64,000 nt of DNA from a virus (IMGVR_UViG_3300031555_002663:1-64000); one strand, 5' to 3'; shown: positions 9,607 to 17,862, numbered from the stretch's first letter. Notes: generated from the sequence alone by a model not told the origin. Translations and numbers: made by a program.

Positions 9607-9782
9607 TATTCTGCATCCTCCCATTCAAATTCACACACAGGGCAAACGGAAAAATCATTGAAATCACATTCATAGATGGGCTCGTCACATTCGGGGCAGA
9701 TGAAGAATCTCTCTTCCCAATCTACATAAATGCCATAAACATCTTCACACATCTTTGCTACATACTCCCAAGTCTTTTTCAT
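9606..9782 (-). CDS. small zinc-ribbon protein (58 aa)
   Basis: Manual translation with CPEC and CPVC; AAGGAG RBS; follows promoter 9825-9853. Confidence 0.65.
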   Translation of the reverse strand: MKKTWEYVAKMCEDVYGIYVDWEERFFICPECDEPIYECDFNDFSVCPVCEFEWEDAE

Positions 9783-9890
9783 ATCAACAACTCCTTTATC
9801 ATTCTTTCTTTATCTTACATATATATTATAACATTTTTTTTATTAAAAATCAAAAGAGGTCTTATGATTGCCATAAGACCTCTTTTATCC

Positions 9891-10086
9891 TTATTTAATA
9901 TCATTCCACGGCTTGACAAAAACGGTGCCACAATCGAGACAAACAGTAAGTTCGCCAGTCTGTTCTTTGCCACTTGGGTCAGTATACCAAACTTTTGAAC
10001 CTCTTACTTCCCCAGTCATCATCATAGTAATAACGAAGTGGCGTGTTATTCTGATGAAGACAGGTGTTAATTTGGATGGTACTCAT
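9891..10086 (-). pseudogene. frameshifted small gene (64 aa if one G is removed at 10010-10013)
   Basis: RBS GAGG plus ATG 10086. The frame breaks at GGGG; the corrected product ends ...VCLDCGTVFVKPWNDIK. Confidence 0.4.
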
Positions 10087-10106
10087 TTTAGTTTCCTCAT
10101 TGATAA

Positions 10107-10373
10107 TTAGTCATTCGTAGAAATCTTTGCAGACTTAGACTTGAAATATCCACCGATCCAGCCAAGCGTTGCGGCACACAGAGGAATCATATCCTTTGTG
10201 AAATGAGTGGTATTAAACAGAGAGTTCAGGCCCTCGGCAAGCACATCGCCAATTACCAGAGAGCACAGCCAGCCGCCAAAGTAAGCGAACCAGAAAGAAA
10301 TAAACGGCACGAAAATAACGGTGAGAAAAATCGTAGTAATCGCGCCAATAATCGTCAGAATGTCTTTTCCCAT
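10107..10373 (-). CDS. membrane protein
   Basis: 88 aa hydrophobic, GGAGGT RBS. Confidence 0.65.
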   Translation of the reverse strand: MGKDILTIIGAITTIFLTVIFVPFISFWFAYFGGWLCSLVIGDVLAEGLNSLFNTTHFTKDMIPLCAATLGWIGGYFKSKSAKISTND

Positions 10374-10426
10374 ATTAGATTACCTCCACTTGATTTTACC
10401 TTTTATTTATGTTATAATTATTATAT

Positions 10427-11026
10427 ATGAAAGGAGTGAAACGTATGCTATCTATACTAGCGGGTATGATGATTGCCATCGGCGGCATTATCAACTTGAC
10501 TATTGGAGGAATTGCAGGAGCACTCTTCTTTTCCATGGGGTTATTAACAATTCTCACTTTGAAGTTTGAACTGTTTACCGGAAAGGCAGGACTCCTCGCC
10601 ACCAACGAGATCAAACCCGGCAAACTATTTGGAATTTGGATTGGAAACTTTATAGGTACAGCCGCATTAGCTTTCTTGCTCGTGATTACTCCAAGAGGCT
10701 TAGTATTAGCCGAAGAAGCTTCAAAAATCGTGGCAATTAGAGTTGCAAACGGTCCATTCGTCAATTTGATTTATGGCATCATATGCGGTATGCTCATGTT
10801 CCTGGCTGTTAAAACATTCGCCGTGTCGAACGGCAATCCGATTTACGCCATGTTACCTGTGGCAATCTTCATTCTATGTGGCTTCAACCACTGCATTGCA
10901 GATATGTTCTACTTGAACATGGGAGCCATCAATCTTGGAGATTACCTCGTATTGATTCCAACCACTATTGGAAATTTAATTGGATGTAATATTATTCCTT
11001 GGGCGATTGATCAATCTTCATCCTGA
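10427..11026 (+). CDS. formate/nitrite transporter (FNT) family channel
   Basis: Motifs ELFTG, WIGNFIG, GFNHCIADMFY, TIGNLIG; about 6 TM segments; own promoter TTGATT-17-TATAAT at about 10389-10417. Confidence 0.85.
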   Translation: MKGVKRMLSILAGMMIAIGGIINLTIGGIAGALFFSMGLLTILTLKFELFTGKAGLLATNEIKPGKLFGIWIGNFIGTAALAFLLVITPRGLVLAEEASKIVAIRVANGPFVNLIYGIICGMLMFLAVKTFAVSNGNPIYAMLPVAIFILCGFNHCIADMFYLNMGAINLGDYLVLIPTTIGNLIGCNIIPWAIDQSSS

Positions 11027-11322
11027 TCATCGGGACCTGAAGCAGGCTTCACATACCAAGAAATCCAGGATTCAATCTCTTCACGATAGTGCATATCGAC
11101 ATCTTCTTCCTCGGGCTCAGTGCCATAGGACTCGCGCAGGTCTTCCTGGCAATCATACCAGCTCATAATACCGTGACAGCCCTCGTAAGACTGATACTCC
11201 TCTTCGGCGATACGATAAGCATCGTCCAGAGCTTCCTCTTCATTGTCGTACTCATAAGTGCCCTGATAGTTAGCTCCGCCGAACGAGCCACCCATTCCGG
11301 CATAAATCTTAAACCACGCCAT
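11011..11322 (-). CDS. acidic hypothetical protein
   Basis: 103 aa, GGAGG RBS. Confidence 0.65.
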   Translation of the reverse strand: MAWFKIYAGMGGSFGGANYQGTYEYDNEEEALDDAYRIAEEEYQSYEGCHGIMSWYDCQEDLRESYGTEPEEEDVDMHYREEIESWISWYVKPASGPDDQDED

Positions 11323-11572
11323 TCGGAACCCCCTCCATTGTTTTCAGAATTTCGTCAGAAGACATTGTAGGAGTAAGTACGGGTGAGAATACCATGCCGA
11401 CATATTCGGCAAGACGATTGAAAGTCTCACGGGGGTCGTTTACGCCATAAAAGTCTTCTTTACCGTCCTTATATGTAATCATGATAGTGCCGGGACGGTC
11501 TTTCGGCACGCCAAACTCACGAATCTGAGTCAAGTCGATATACCAACTTTCGTTAATCTTAAACCAAATCAT
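11309..11572 (-). CDS. hypothetical protein
   Basis: Start refined to MIWFK after GGAGGT. Confidence 0.55.
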   Translation of the reverse strand: MIWFKINESWYIDLTQIREFGVPKDRPGTIMITYKDGKEDFYGVNDPRETFNRLAEYVGMVFSPVLTPTMSSDEILKTMEGVPNGVV

Positions 11573-11906
11573 CTTCTGGACCTCCAAAGTTAATGCAGTC
11601 TCGATACAATCGTTTAGTTAGGGAAGTGTCTTCATACATGAAGTTATTCCACAAAACCCAATCGTAATCATCAGTTACGTCGCCAGAGATGTCATAAATC
11701 TTATTACCGATTTGACAACCCCAGTGGTTTGCGACGGGGTCGTACATATAAAAGCAATCGTCAACATCGAGGAAGAAACGGTCATATAGAATTGAAGCAA
11801 ACCAGTAACAACAACCGTTAGAGAAACAGTCGATTACTTCTTGACGCTTTCCGTTATTGGTGAAGCGGCCGATAAACCGCATCACAGTATCATGATTGTT
11901 CGGCAT
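11559..11906 (-). CDS. hypothetical protein
   Basis: 115 aa with GCCYWFA and NHW motifs. Confidence 0.65.
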   Translation of the reverse strand: MPNNHDTVMRFIGRFTNNGKRQEVIDCFSNGCCYWFASILYDRFFLDVDDCFYMYDPVANHWGCQIGNKIYDISGDVTDDYDWVLWNNFMYEDTSLTKRLYRDCINFGGPEDDLV

Positions 11907-12369
11907 ATATATGATTCATCTCCTTGCAGTAATGAAATTGTCTCATACATCCAAATTCGGGGTTGAAACAATAACAGCCTTTTTCACAAGTCTGTCGAAT
12001 TCTTTCGGGGTTCATTACAGTTGTGACGGTAGTCATATGTCCCTGACGGAATTGTTTTTGTACCATCTTAGGAATTGGTGACGGATCGTCTTCAAATGCA
12101 CAGCTAACAGCATTCTTACAGAATGCGCAAGTGCCGAGTTGCTCCGCACACTCGTCACAAAGCAAATGCCATTTGTCTCCATCTGGAGTTAATACTGACG
12201 CACCGACGATAAGTCTGTGACAGGTTTCACAAATCTTTAATGAGGAAGCGTCTTGATGCTTTGAGCAGAAATCTTCTTCAGGGTCAACAACTGTTCGGAG
12301 AAGCGGGCATATGTTCTGCTCGGAGTCAAGCAAGCCGCAAGTCTTACAATATTTAATCACAGCGCTCAC
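11890..12369 (-). CDS. Cys-rich zinc-binding protein
   Basis: 159 aa with multiple CxxC motifs. Confidence 0.65.
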   Translation of the reverse strand: MSAVIKYCKTCGLLDSEQNICPLLRTVVDPEEDFCSKHQDASSLKICETCHRLIVGASVLTPDGDKWHLLCDECAEQLGTCAFCKNAVSCAFEDDPSPIPKMVQKQFRQGHMTTVTTVMNPERIRQTCEKGCYCFNPEFGCMRQFHYCKEMNHIYAEQS

Positions 12370-12673
12370 CTCTTATATTTTCAGTTAAAAAGTTGCCACG
12401 TTCGTCACAAGGAATAGAATGTGCACCTAATTCGGCAGTTGCATATTCCTCGATATTGATTCTCGGCATGAGAATGACGGGACTTTCTTCGTAAAGTTCA
12501 AGGGACTTGATGCAAATTAAGTCGGTACCATAATATTCCTCCAGAATATGTGCCGCGTCAGCAAAAGAATCGGCTAAACTCATTCCAGATTCAAAAACAT
12601 AGTGATTTTCTTCAGTTTCTTGGTCGTAATCAACGAAGATGACGACAGAATACGAAAATGGATACTTTGCCAT
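12353..12673 (-). CDS. hypothetical protein
   Basis: 106 aa, GGAGGT RBS. Confidence 0.65.
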   Translation of the reverse strand: MAKYPFSYSVVIFVDYDQETEENHYVFESGMSLADSFADAAHILEEYYGTDLICIKSLELYEESPVILMPRINIEEYATAELGAHSIPCDERGNFLTENIRGERCD

Positions 12674-12685
12674 TATATTACCTCC

Positions 12686-12988
12686 TTAAAATCCGTAACC
12701 CATTGCTTTCGGCAGACTCATTAAGACTTCCAAACTCTGGCTTGCCTTCTGCTCTCGAGCGACGTGTTCGGCAAATTCTTCACAAGACATTGAGAAATGC
12801 TTTTCATACTCGGCAATTAACTGCTTTAGCTTCTGGTTTTCAGCCTTGAGTTCCTGATTCTCTTTATCCAGAGTTAAGATCCGCGAACCTAATTCGGCAA
12901 CCTCTTGGCGATGTTGTTTCTTTAAGCGGGCTTTCTCTTCCATAAATGCCTTGTCTTTAGCGGATAAGGTTCTTGCCATCGTTATCAC
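12686..12988 (-). CDS. coiled-coil protein
   Basis: 100 aa heptad-rich; follows promoter 13013-13041. Confidence 0.6.
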   Translation of the reverse strand: MITMARTLSAKDKAFMEEKARLKKQHRQEVAELGSRILTLDKENQELKAENQKLKQLIAEYEKHFSMSCEEFAEHVAREQKASQSLEVLMSLPKAMGYGF

Positions 12989-13063
12989 ATTCCTTTCTTA
13001 TCTTATGTATATATTATATCATATTTTTTATAAAAAATCAATTGAGTTACTGTTAAATGCAAC

Positions 13064-13214
13064 TGTTAAAATTTTAGACACCTTTATAAATGTTAAAAAA
13101 TTGTGTTAAAATTTTAGACAGCTATATGTTTGTTAAAAAATTAGACATCTATATAAGTGTTAAAAAAATGTGTTAAAATTTTAGACACCTATATTTTTGT
13201 TAAAAATTTAGACT
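13064..13214 (+). repeat. iteron-like direct repeat array, candidate replication origin
   Basis: TGTTAAAAWWTTAGACW 17-mers at 13064, 13104, 13131, 13171, 13198 (spacing 40/27/40/27), plus TGTTAAA half-sites. Confidence 0.8.
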
Positions 13215-13286
13215 TCTATATTGTGGGTAAGAATTGTTAAGAGATTAACAAGAATTCTTATAAATATGTAGAGGGGAGGTGCAAAT

Positions 13287-13901
13287 GTGTTAAAGATCCA
13301 ACCAAATTCAAGACAGATTCCCAAGGCTAGAAATATTTGTTCGAATAAAAAGTATTATGATATTTTGTATGCTTATTTGCAGTGCATTTCGGAAAGAGAT
13401 AATGAAAGTAATAAGAGATACTTTTATAAGAAGGATATTAACTTTAGTAAGTTGGGAGAAATCTTTAATTTATCAAGACAAACAGTATCTACAAAGTTCA
13501 AGAATTTAAAAGAACTTGGACTTATTGAAGAGGTTAATAAGGACACTTATCAATTGATTGAGTTAAGTGCCGATATTGCCTCGCTGGTGCCTTATAATAC
13601 TTTAAAGTTGATTACGGATACCTTAAATGATAACTCTATTTCTACTTATATTTATTTATTAAATTGCTATTATGGTAATGATTGTCGCCCATTCCAGTTC
13701 ACATTGGATCAGATTAAAGGTTATATTGGTATTAGCACAAGCACAAGAAGTAACAATGATATTGTTACAAATATTCTGTATGTTTTGGAAAAGATCGGGC
13801 TCATTAAGTATTCATTGAGTACTGTGAAGCAAGAGTCCGATAGTTTTCAAAATGTGAAAACAATTTATCAATTAGATTGGTTAACTAATACGTTGAATTA
13901 A
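13287..13901 (+). CDS. tandem winged-helix DNA-binding protein, possible replication initiator
   Basis: HTH-like INFSKLGEIFNLSRQTVSTKFKNLKELGLI and a second FTLDQIKGYIG...ILYVLEKIGLIKY; GTG start after GGAGGT; adjacent repeats. Confidence 0.55.
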   Translation: MLKIQPNSRQIPKARNICSNKKYYDILYAYLQCISERDNESNKRYFYKKDINFSKLGEIFNLSRQTVSTKFKNLKELGLIEEVNKDTYQLIELSADIASLVPYNTLKLITDTLNDNSISTYIYLLNCYYGNDCRPFQFTLDQIKGYIGISTSTRSNNDIVTNILYVLEKIGLIKYSLSTVKQESDSFQNVKTIYQLDWLTNTLN

Positions 13902-14092
13902 GTTGTTAAATTTATTGCACAGCGTAAGTAGATGAAGTGTTAAAAAAATGTACATACTTTGTTAAAAAAATAGTATCCTTATAAATAGAAATAGGGGGTT
14001 CAAGATATAATATCTCTTCGGAGCTTCGCTCCTCCGAGATATTATATCTTTCACTACGAATCGTTGCGCGCCGGAGTAAAAGGAGTATAGAA

Positions 14093-14299
14093 ATGAATTT
14101 TGAAGTAGAAAAAAAGAATCCCATGGTGGGAAAGACTGTAAAGTTTGCATTAGGTACAAGAGAAAGCTTAAAGAATTGTGATAAGATATTGAAAAGAGTT
14201 GAAATATATATTGATGGAGAAAGTGGAATATTGTATGTTGTACCTGAAGAAGAGGAGAATATCTTTTTACCAAATTTTGAAATTAAAATTAGAGAGTAA
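14093..14299 (+). CDS. hypothetical protein
   Basis: 68 aa, AAGGAG RBS. Confidence 0.55.
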   Translation: MNFEVEKKNPMVGKTVKFALGTRESLKNCDKILKRVEIYIDGESGILYVVPEEEENIFLPNFEIKIRE

Positions 14300-14311
14300 A
14301 TGAAATTTCAT

Positions 14312-14340
14312 TTGAAAAATCAAAATAAATATGTTATAAT
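14312..14340 (+). promoter_or_regulatory. sigmaA-type promoter overlapped by a 16-bp palindrome
   Basis: TTGAAA-17-TATAAT with TG extension; palindrome AAATGAAATTTCATTT at 14298-14313. Confidence 0.6.
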
Positions 14341-14416
14341 ATAAATAAAGAAAATGAAAAATGAAATGAAAATCTCATTTCAAAAAACGAAACGAAAATC
14401 AGAAAGGAAAAATGAA

Positions 14417-14806
14417 ATGAAAAATATTGGTAAGTATAATGGTATTCCCTGCTATGAATGCTCTCATAGTGAGTATGTAAATGCCTATGACAATAAGCTG
14501 GATAACGGCAAACAGATTTTTATCATTGACGGCACTATGGTGCAGAAGAACACGATTATTGGCTACTACAATGGTCAGCACGTCAATGATGTTTATGACA
14601 GCAAGAAGTATTATGTCAAGATGCCTGAGCAGAAGAAGACTGCAACTGTTACGGCAGAAAACAGCAAGTGGGATGAGAAGTTTGTCGAAGAGGTAAAGAC
14701 TTCTTCTTCTACTGGAGCTACTTATGAAGAAGTAGTTGCAAAAGAGATTCGTTTCTCTGATTATAGTAAGATTGTTGATGAATTCTTTGCACTTCTGGAA
14801 GTGTAA
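14417..14806 (+). CDS. hypothetical protein
   Basis: Start refined to MKNIG after AAGGA RBS. Confidence 0.6.
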   Translation: MKNIGKYNGIPCYECSHSEYVNAYDNKLDNGKQIFIIDGTMVQKNTIIGYYNGQHVNDVYDSKKYYVKMPEQKKTATVTAENSKWDEKFVEEVKTSSSTGATYEEVVAKEIRFSDYSKIVDEFFALLEV

Positions 14807-14904
14807 TTATAGAAATTGTTGAAAATAGTCTAAAGATGGTGAGGTGAGGTGGCCCGATCGGTGCTGGACACCCAGCACTTTTCATCGTCACCGTTATCGT
14901 CATA

Positions 14905-14944
14905 AAAATAACCCCTGAGATGAAAATCTCAGGGGTTTTTCTTT
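14905..14944. terminator. bidirectional terminator
   Basis: aaccctgagat-gaaa-atctcagggg-ttttt type stem-loop between convergent genes. Confidence 0.7.
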
Positions 14945-15379
14945 TTACAGTCCCATTTCCTTAAGGAAATTACCAATTACCGCATCGGGATCATTAGGCT
15001 TAACGATCTTCTTAACGGGAGCCTTGACAACGGGCTTTGCGCCAAACATTGCCTCGAGACCCTTAACAGCCTCGATATACTCCTTCAAAGAATCAACAAG
15101 CTCGATTACCTGATCGGCCTTCAGCTCAGCCTTGATTTTCTCGGCGTTCATGCCGTAGTAAGTGCCGAACCAGTCACAGAACATATCAAGGATGTCCTGC
15201 AACTCTTCCTTCTTCTGGACCTCAGCCTTTTCAACAGCGGCCTTTTCGGCAGCCTGCTTAGCCAAAGTGTCCTGGTGCATCTTGTTCACCTTATTTAGCG
15301 CTGCGGCCATCTCATTAGCAATAGTCTGTGCGTCCTCGCCGTTCTGCAGTCTAGCAAGGATAGTAGCTTCATCAAACAT
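14945..15379 (-). CDS. hypothetical protein
   Basis: Start refined to MFDEATILARL after GGAGG; promoter TTGACA-17-TATAAT at about 15412-15440. Confidence 0.7.
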   Translation of the reverse strand: MFDEATILARLQNGEDAQTIANEMAAALNKVNKMHQDTLAKQAAEKAAVEKAEVQKKEELQDILDMFCDWFGTYYGMNAEKIKAELKADQVIELVDSLKEYIEAVKGLEAMFGAKPVVKAPVKKIVKPNDPDAVIGNFLKEMGL

Positions 15380-15567
15380 ATATATGTCCTCCTTTATCAC
15401 TTTATATATATATTATACCATATTTTTTTCAAAATGTCAAGTTTTTCTTTTGACGCGAACATAGAGAGGGGAGAGATATTTTTTGCTCTTCTGGATTAGC
15501 TCTGGAGGAGCTCAAATATGCCGTTTGAGCAAAGGAGAGATCAGTTTTTGTGTGAATTAAATTAATA

Positions 15568-15766
15568 CCGATCGGCGCCCATCTCTTTTTTTATATAATA
15601 ACATATTTTTTATTTTATGTCAAATCCGAGCGCATATGGCGAACCGATCGGCCCCCGCCCAGTGGAGGAGCTAAGATGAGGACCGATCGGCCTTTCGGGA
15701 AAAACTGGGCGCATATGTCGGAGGCGCTAGAAGTCTCGAAATTTTTGCATATGGATACCCGATCGG
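15568..15766. repeat. cluster of CCGATCGG and GCATATG palindromes
   Basis: CCGATCGG at 15568, 15644, 15683, 15759 (also 14854); GCATATG at 15632, 15711, 15747. Confidence 0.75.
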
Positions 15767-15872
15767 AAAATCGGGCCCTGCCTGCCGTCGAGGGCCCGCC
15801 GTATCCCTGTCTTAATTATACCACAAGTCGGACCATTTGTCAATAGGTATTTTCAACAAAAAAATCGCTCAA

Positions 15873-16058
15873 TTAAGAGCGATTTTCGGCAATCATTTTG
15901 TTCACTTCGTCAAGGGTCAAGTGCTGGTTACAACCCCAGCAAGCCATGTCCCCGCCCTCGCAGATGTCACAATCGGCACCAATGCAGGGCTTTGGAGTAT
16001 TTACCGCATAATGCGGATTGCGGACACAGTCCGCGCAAACGCAACCTTTACATCCCAT
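15873..16058 (-). CDS. small Cys-rich protein
   Basis: MGCKGCVCADC...; GGAGG RBS. Confidence 0.55.
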   Translation of the reverse strand: MGCKGCVCADCVRNPHYAVNTPKPCIGADCDICEGGDMACWGCNQHLTLDEVNKMIAENRS

Positions 16059-16254
16059 AGACCTTTGCCTCCAATCTCGGCTTCCATTCTTCCCACAGGG
16101 TAATGAGTTCGGCTTCTTTGTCCCAATCATTAACCTCTGCCATTGCAAATTCTAATGCTCCGAACGCCTGAGCAAGGAAGTTCTGACCGCCTTCGGGATA
16201 CTGCTCGATGCTCTGCTCTTTGCGTTCCCAGTATTTAATCAGTTTCTCTTTCAT
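16048..16254 (-). CDS. hypothetical protein
   Basis: Start refined to MKEKLIKY after AAAGGTGAT. Confidence 0.6.
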   Translation of the reverse strand: MKEKLIKYWERKEQSIEQYPEGGQNFLAQAFGALEFAMAEVNDWDKEAELITLWEEWKPRLEAKVYGM

Positions 16255-16327
16255 GGTATCACCTTTCCTTTCTGATACTATTATACCGCAAAAGGGGCGA
16301 TTTGTCAACCCCTTTTGCGAAAGTTTT

Positions 16328-16933
16328 TTAGAAAGGTAACTCGTGAGTTTCTGCAGCGTACTCGCAAGCAATGTTCATGTATTCCTCGGTAATAGAAGGA
16401 ATGTCAAGGAAAGAACGGCTTGCCATGTAGTCTGCCATGTGTACACAGCGGTCAATGTTGGTGGAAGGTCGGTCTTCCTTGTTAGTAGACCACTGACCCA
16501 TGTGAGCCTTCATTGCATCAAGCAGGTATTCGCTCGGTGCATAGTCGGTGTAATGGGTGCAGTACATCATGAAAGCATAGGCGGCATTTGCGGCGTGGTC
16601 TTTGTACTGGGTCTTGTCGTACTCGCCTAAACCATACTTTTGAGTGTCGTGCATGATGCAAGCGGCAATCACATAGTCCTTGTGTTCGGGCTTCATGTAT
16701 GCGTAACTGCTCATTCGCAGAAGTTCCTCGGCGAACATGACCACGGCTTTAGTGTGGCGAACCAGACCGCCCATGCCCTGAGAAAATGCAGGGTGATATT
16801 TGCCACTACTGGAAGCACCGTCCGTCCAGAAGTAGTCGGGTACAGCTTCTTCCATGTAGCCTTTGACAGCCATGCGAAGGTCTTCATTTACGATGAGGTC
16901 GATTTCTCTTTCAAACAGCTTGATAGTTTTCAT
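16328..16933 (-). CDS. HD-domain phosphohydrolase
   Basis: SSSGKYHP...GGLVRHT, MHD (HD), HMG, VHMADY motifs. Confidence 0.8.
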   Translation of the reverse strand: MKTIKLFEREIDLIVNEDLRMAVKGYMEEAVPDYFWTDGASSSGKYHPAFSQGMGGLVRHTKAVVMFAEELLRMSSYAYMKPEHKDYVIAACIMHDTQKYGLGEYDKTQYKDHAANAAYAFMMYCTHYTDYAPSEYLLDAMKAHMGQWSTNKEDRPSTNIDRCVHMADYMASRSFLDIPSITEEYMNIACEYAAETHELPF

Positions 16934-17173
16934 TTTGCGGTGTCCTTTCTTTTAGAGCTCCTGCTCTCTTGATTACATACTTATTATACCACCGTTTCGG
17001 GATTTTGTCAACACCTTTTGGAAAAATATTTTTCGGAAATTTTTTTTCTAAAACCCTTGACAAATCGAAATTCCGCCCGGACGCCTGTGTGCGGGCGGCT
17101 CAAGCCAATAGGCAAAATGCACAAAAAAAGAGCCGACCCTAAAAAGGGTGGCTCTTGTGAGAGGGAGAGGGGC

Positions 17174-17545
17174 TTACTCCGCAAGGGAGAAGTAAGCCTT
17201 TCTCTTGTCCTCAGTGCGGACAACGATGCCATCGTCCTTCATCTGGCGAAGCAGAGCGGACACTCTCTGGTTGCTGAGTTCAGCACACTCAGGGATTTCC
17301 TTCTGGATTTCGGTCACAGTGTAAAGGCGGTTGGGTTCCATACCCTCAGCGATAGCGGTCTTAATGCCCTCGTTGGCAGTCTGCTGAGCGGTAGGCTTTT
17401 TCTCAGCGGAGTTCTTGCGGTTGAGCAACTCAACCTCGTGGTCGATGAAGGCGATAACCTCATCGTAGTTGTCTGCGGTTGCAGGGTAAGCCGCACGGAT
17501 AATTGCGAAGTAGTCCTTCTTAGTCATCTTCTTAGTATTAGCCAT
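17174..17545 (-). CDS. winged-helix DNA-binding protein, paralog family A copy 1
   Basis: Start refined to MANTKK after AAAGGA; C-terminus LYTVTEI...LSNQRVSALLRQMKDDGIVVRTEDKRKAYF. Confidence 0.7.
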   Translation of the reverse strand: MANTKKMTKKDYFAIIRAAYPATADNYDEVIAFIDHEVELLNRKNSAEKKPTAQQTANEGIKTAIAEGMEPNRLYTVTEIQKEIPECAELSNQRVSALLRQMKDDGIVVRTEDKRKAYFSLAE

Positions 17546-17644
17546 AGTATCAAATCCTTTCTGGTTTTCTAAGGGTTTTCCTTCCCTTACTGTACTTACA
17601 TTATACCATACTTCTAAGGGTTTGTCAAGGGGTTTCGCAAACTT

Positions 17645-17862
17645 TTTTTCTCGACTTACTGCGTCCATTAGACGTTTCACTTCATCATGTCTATCACTCT
17701 TGCCGTTGGCGAAGTGCCACATTGTGGTGTTTCCCATTGGCTCAGATAGTCCGCCCGATAGTTACTGCGTGTAGTCGCCTTACTGCGGAATAAGTGGCTT
17801 ACTTCCTCTACTAACCGAAGTGTGCACCCCTCGGCTTTCTTGGGCTACCGCCCCTTGACTAT
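17645..17862 (-). ncRNA. candidate structured ncRNA 1 (about 215 nt)
   Basis: Own promoter 17867-17895, multiple hairpins, three CGCAGTAA copies, no RBS-backed ORF. Confidence 0.5.

Noticed and set aside
13064-13214. CRISPR mini-array
   Set aside because: Repeats are only 17 bp, and the intervening sequences are 10-23 bp and similar to each other; this fits iterons, not unique spacers
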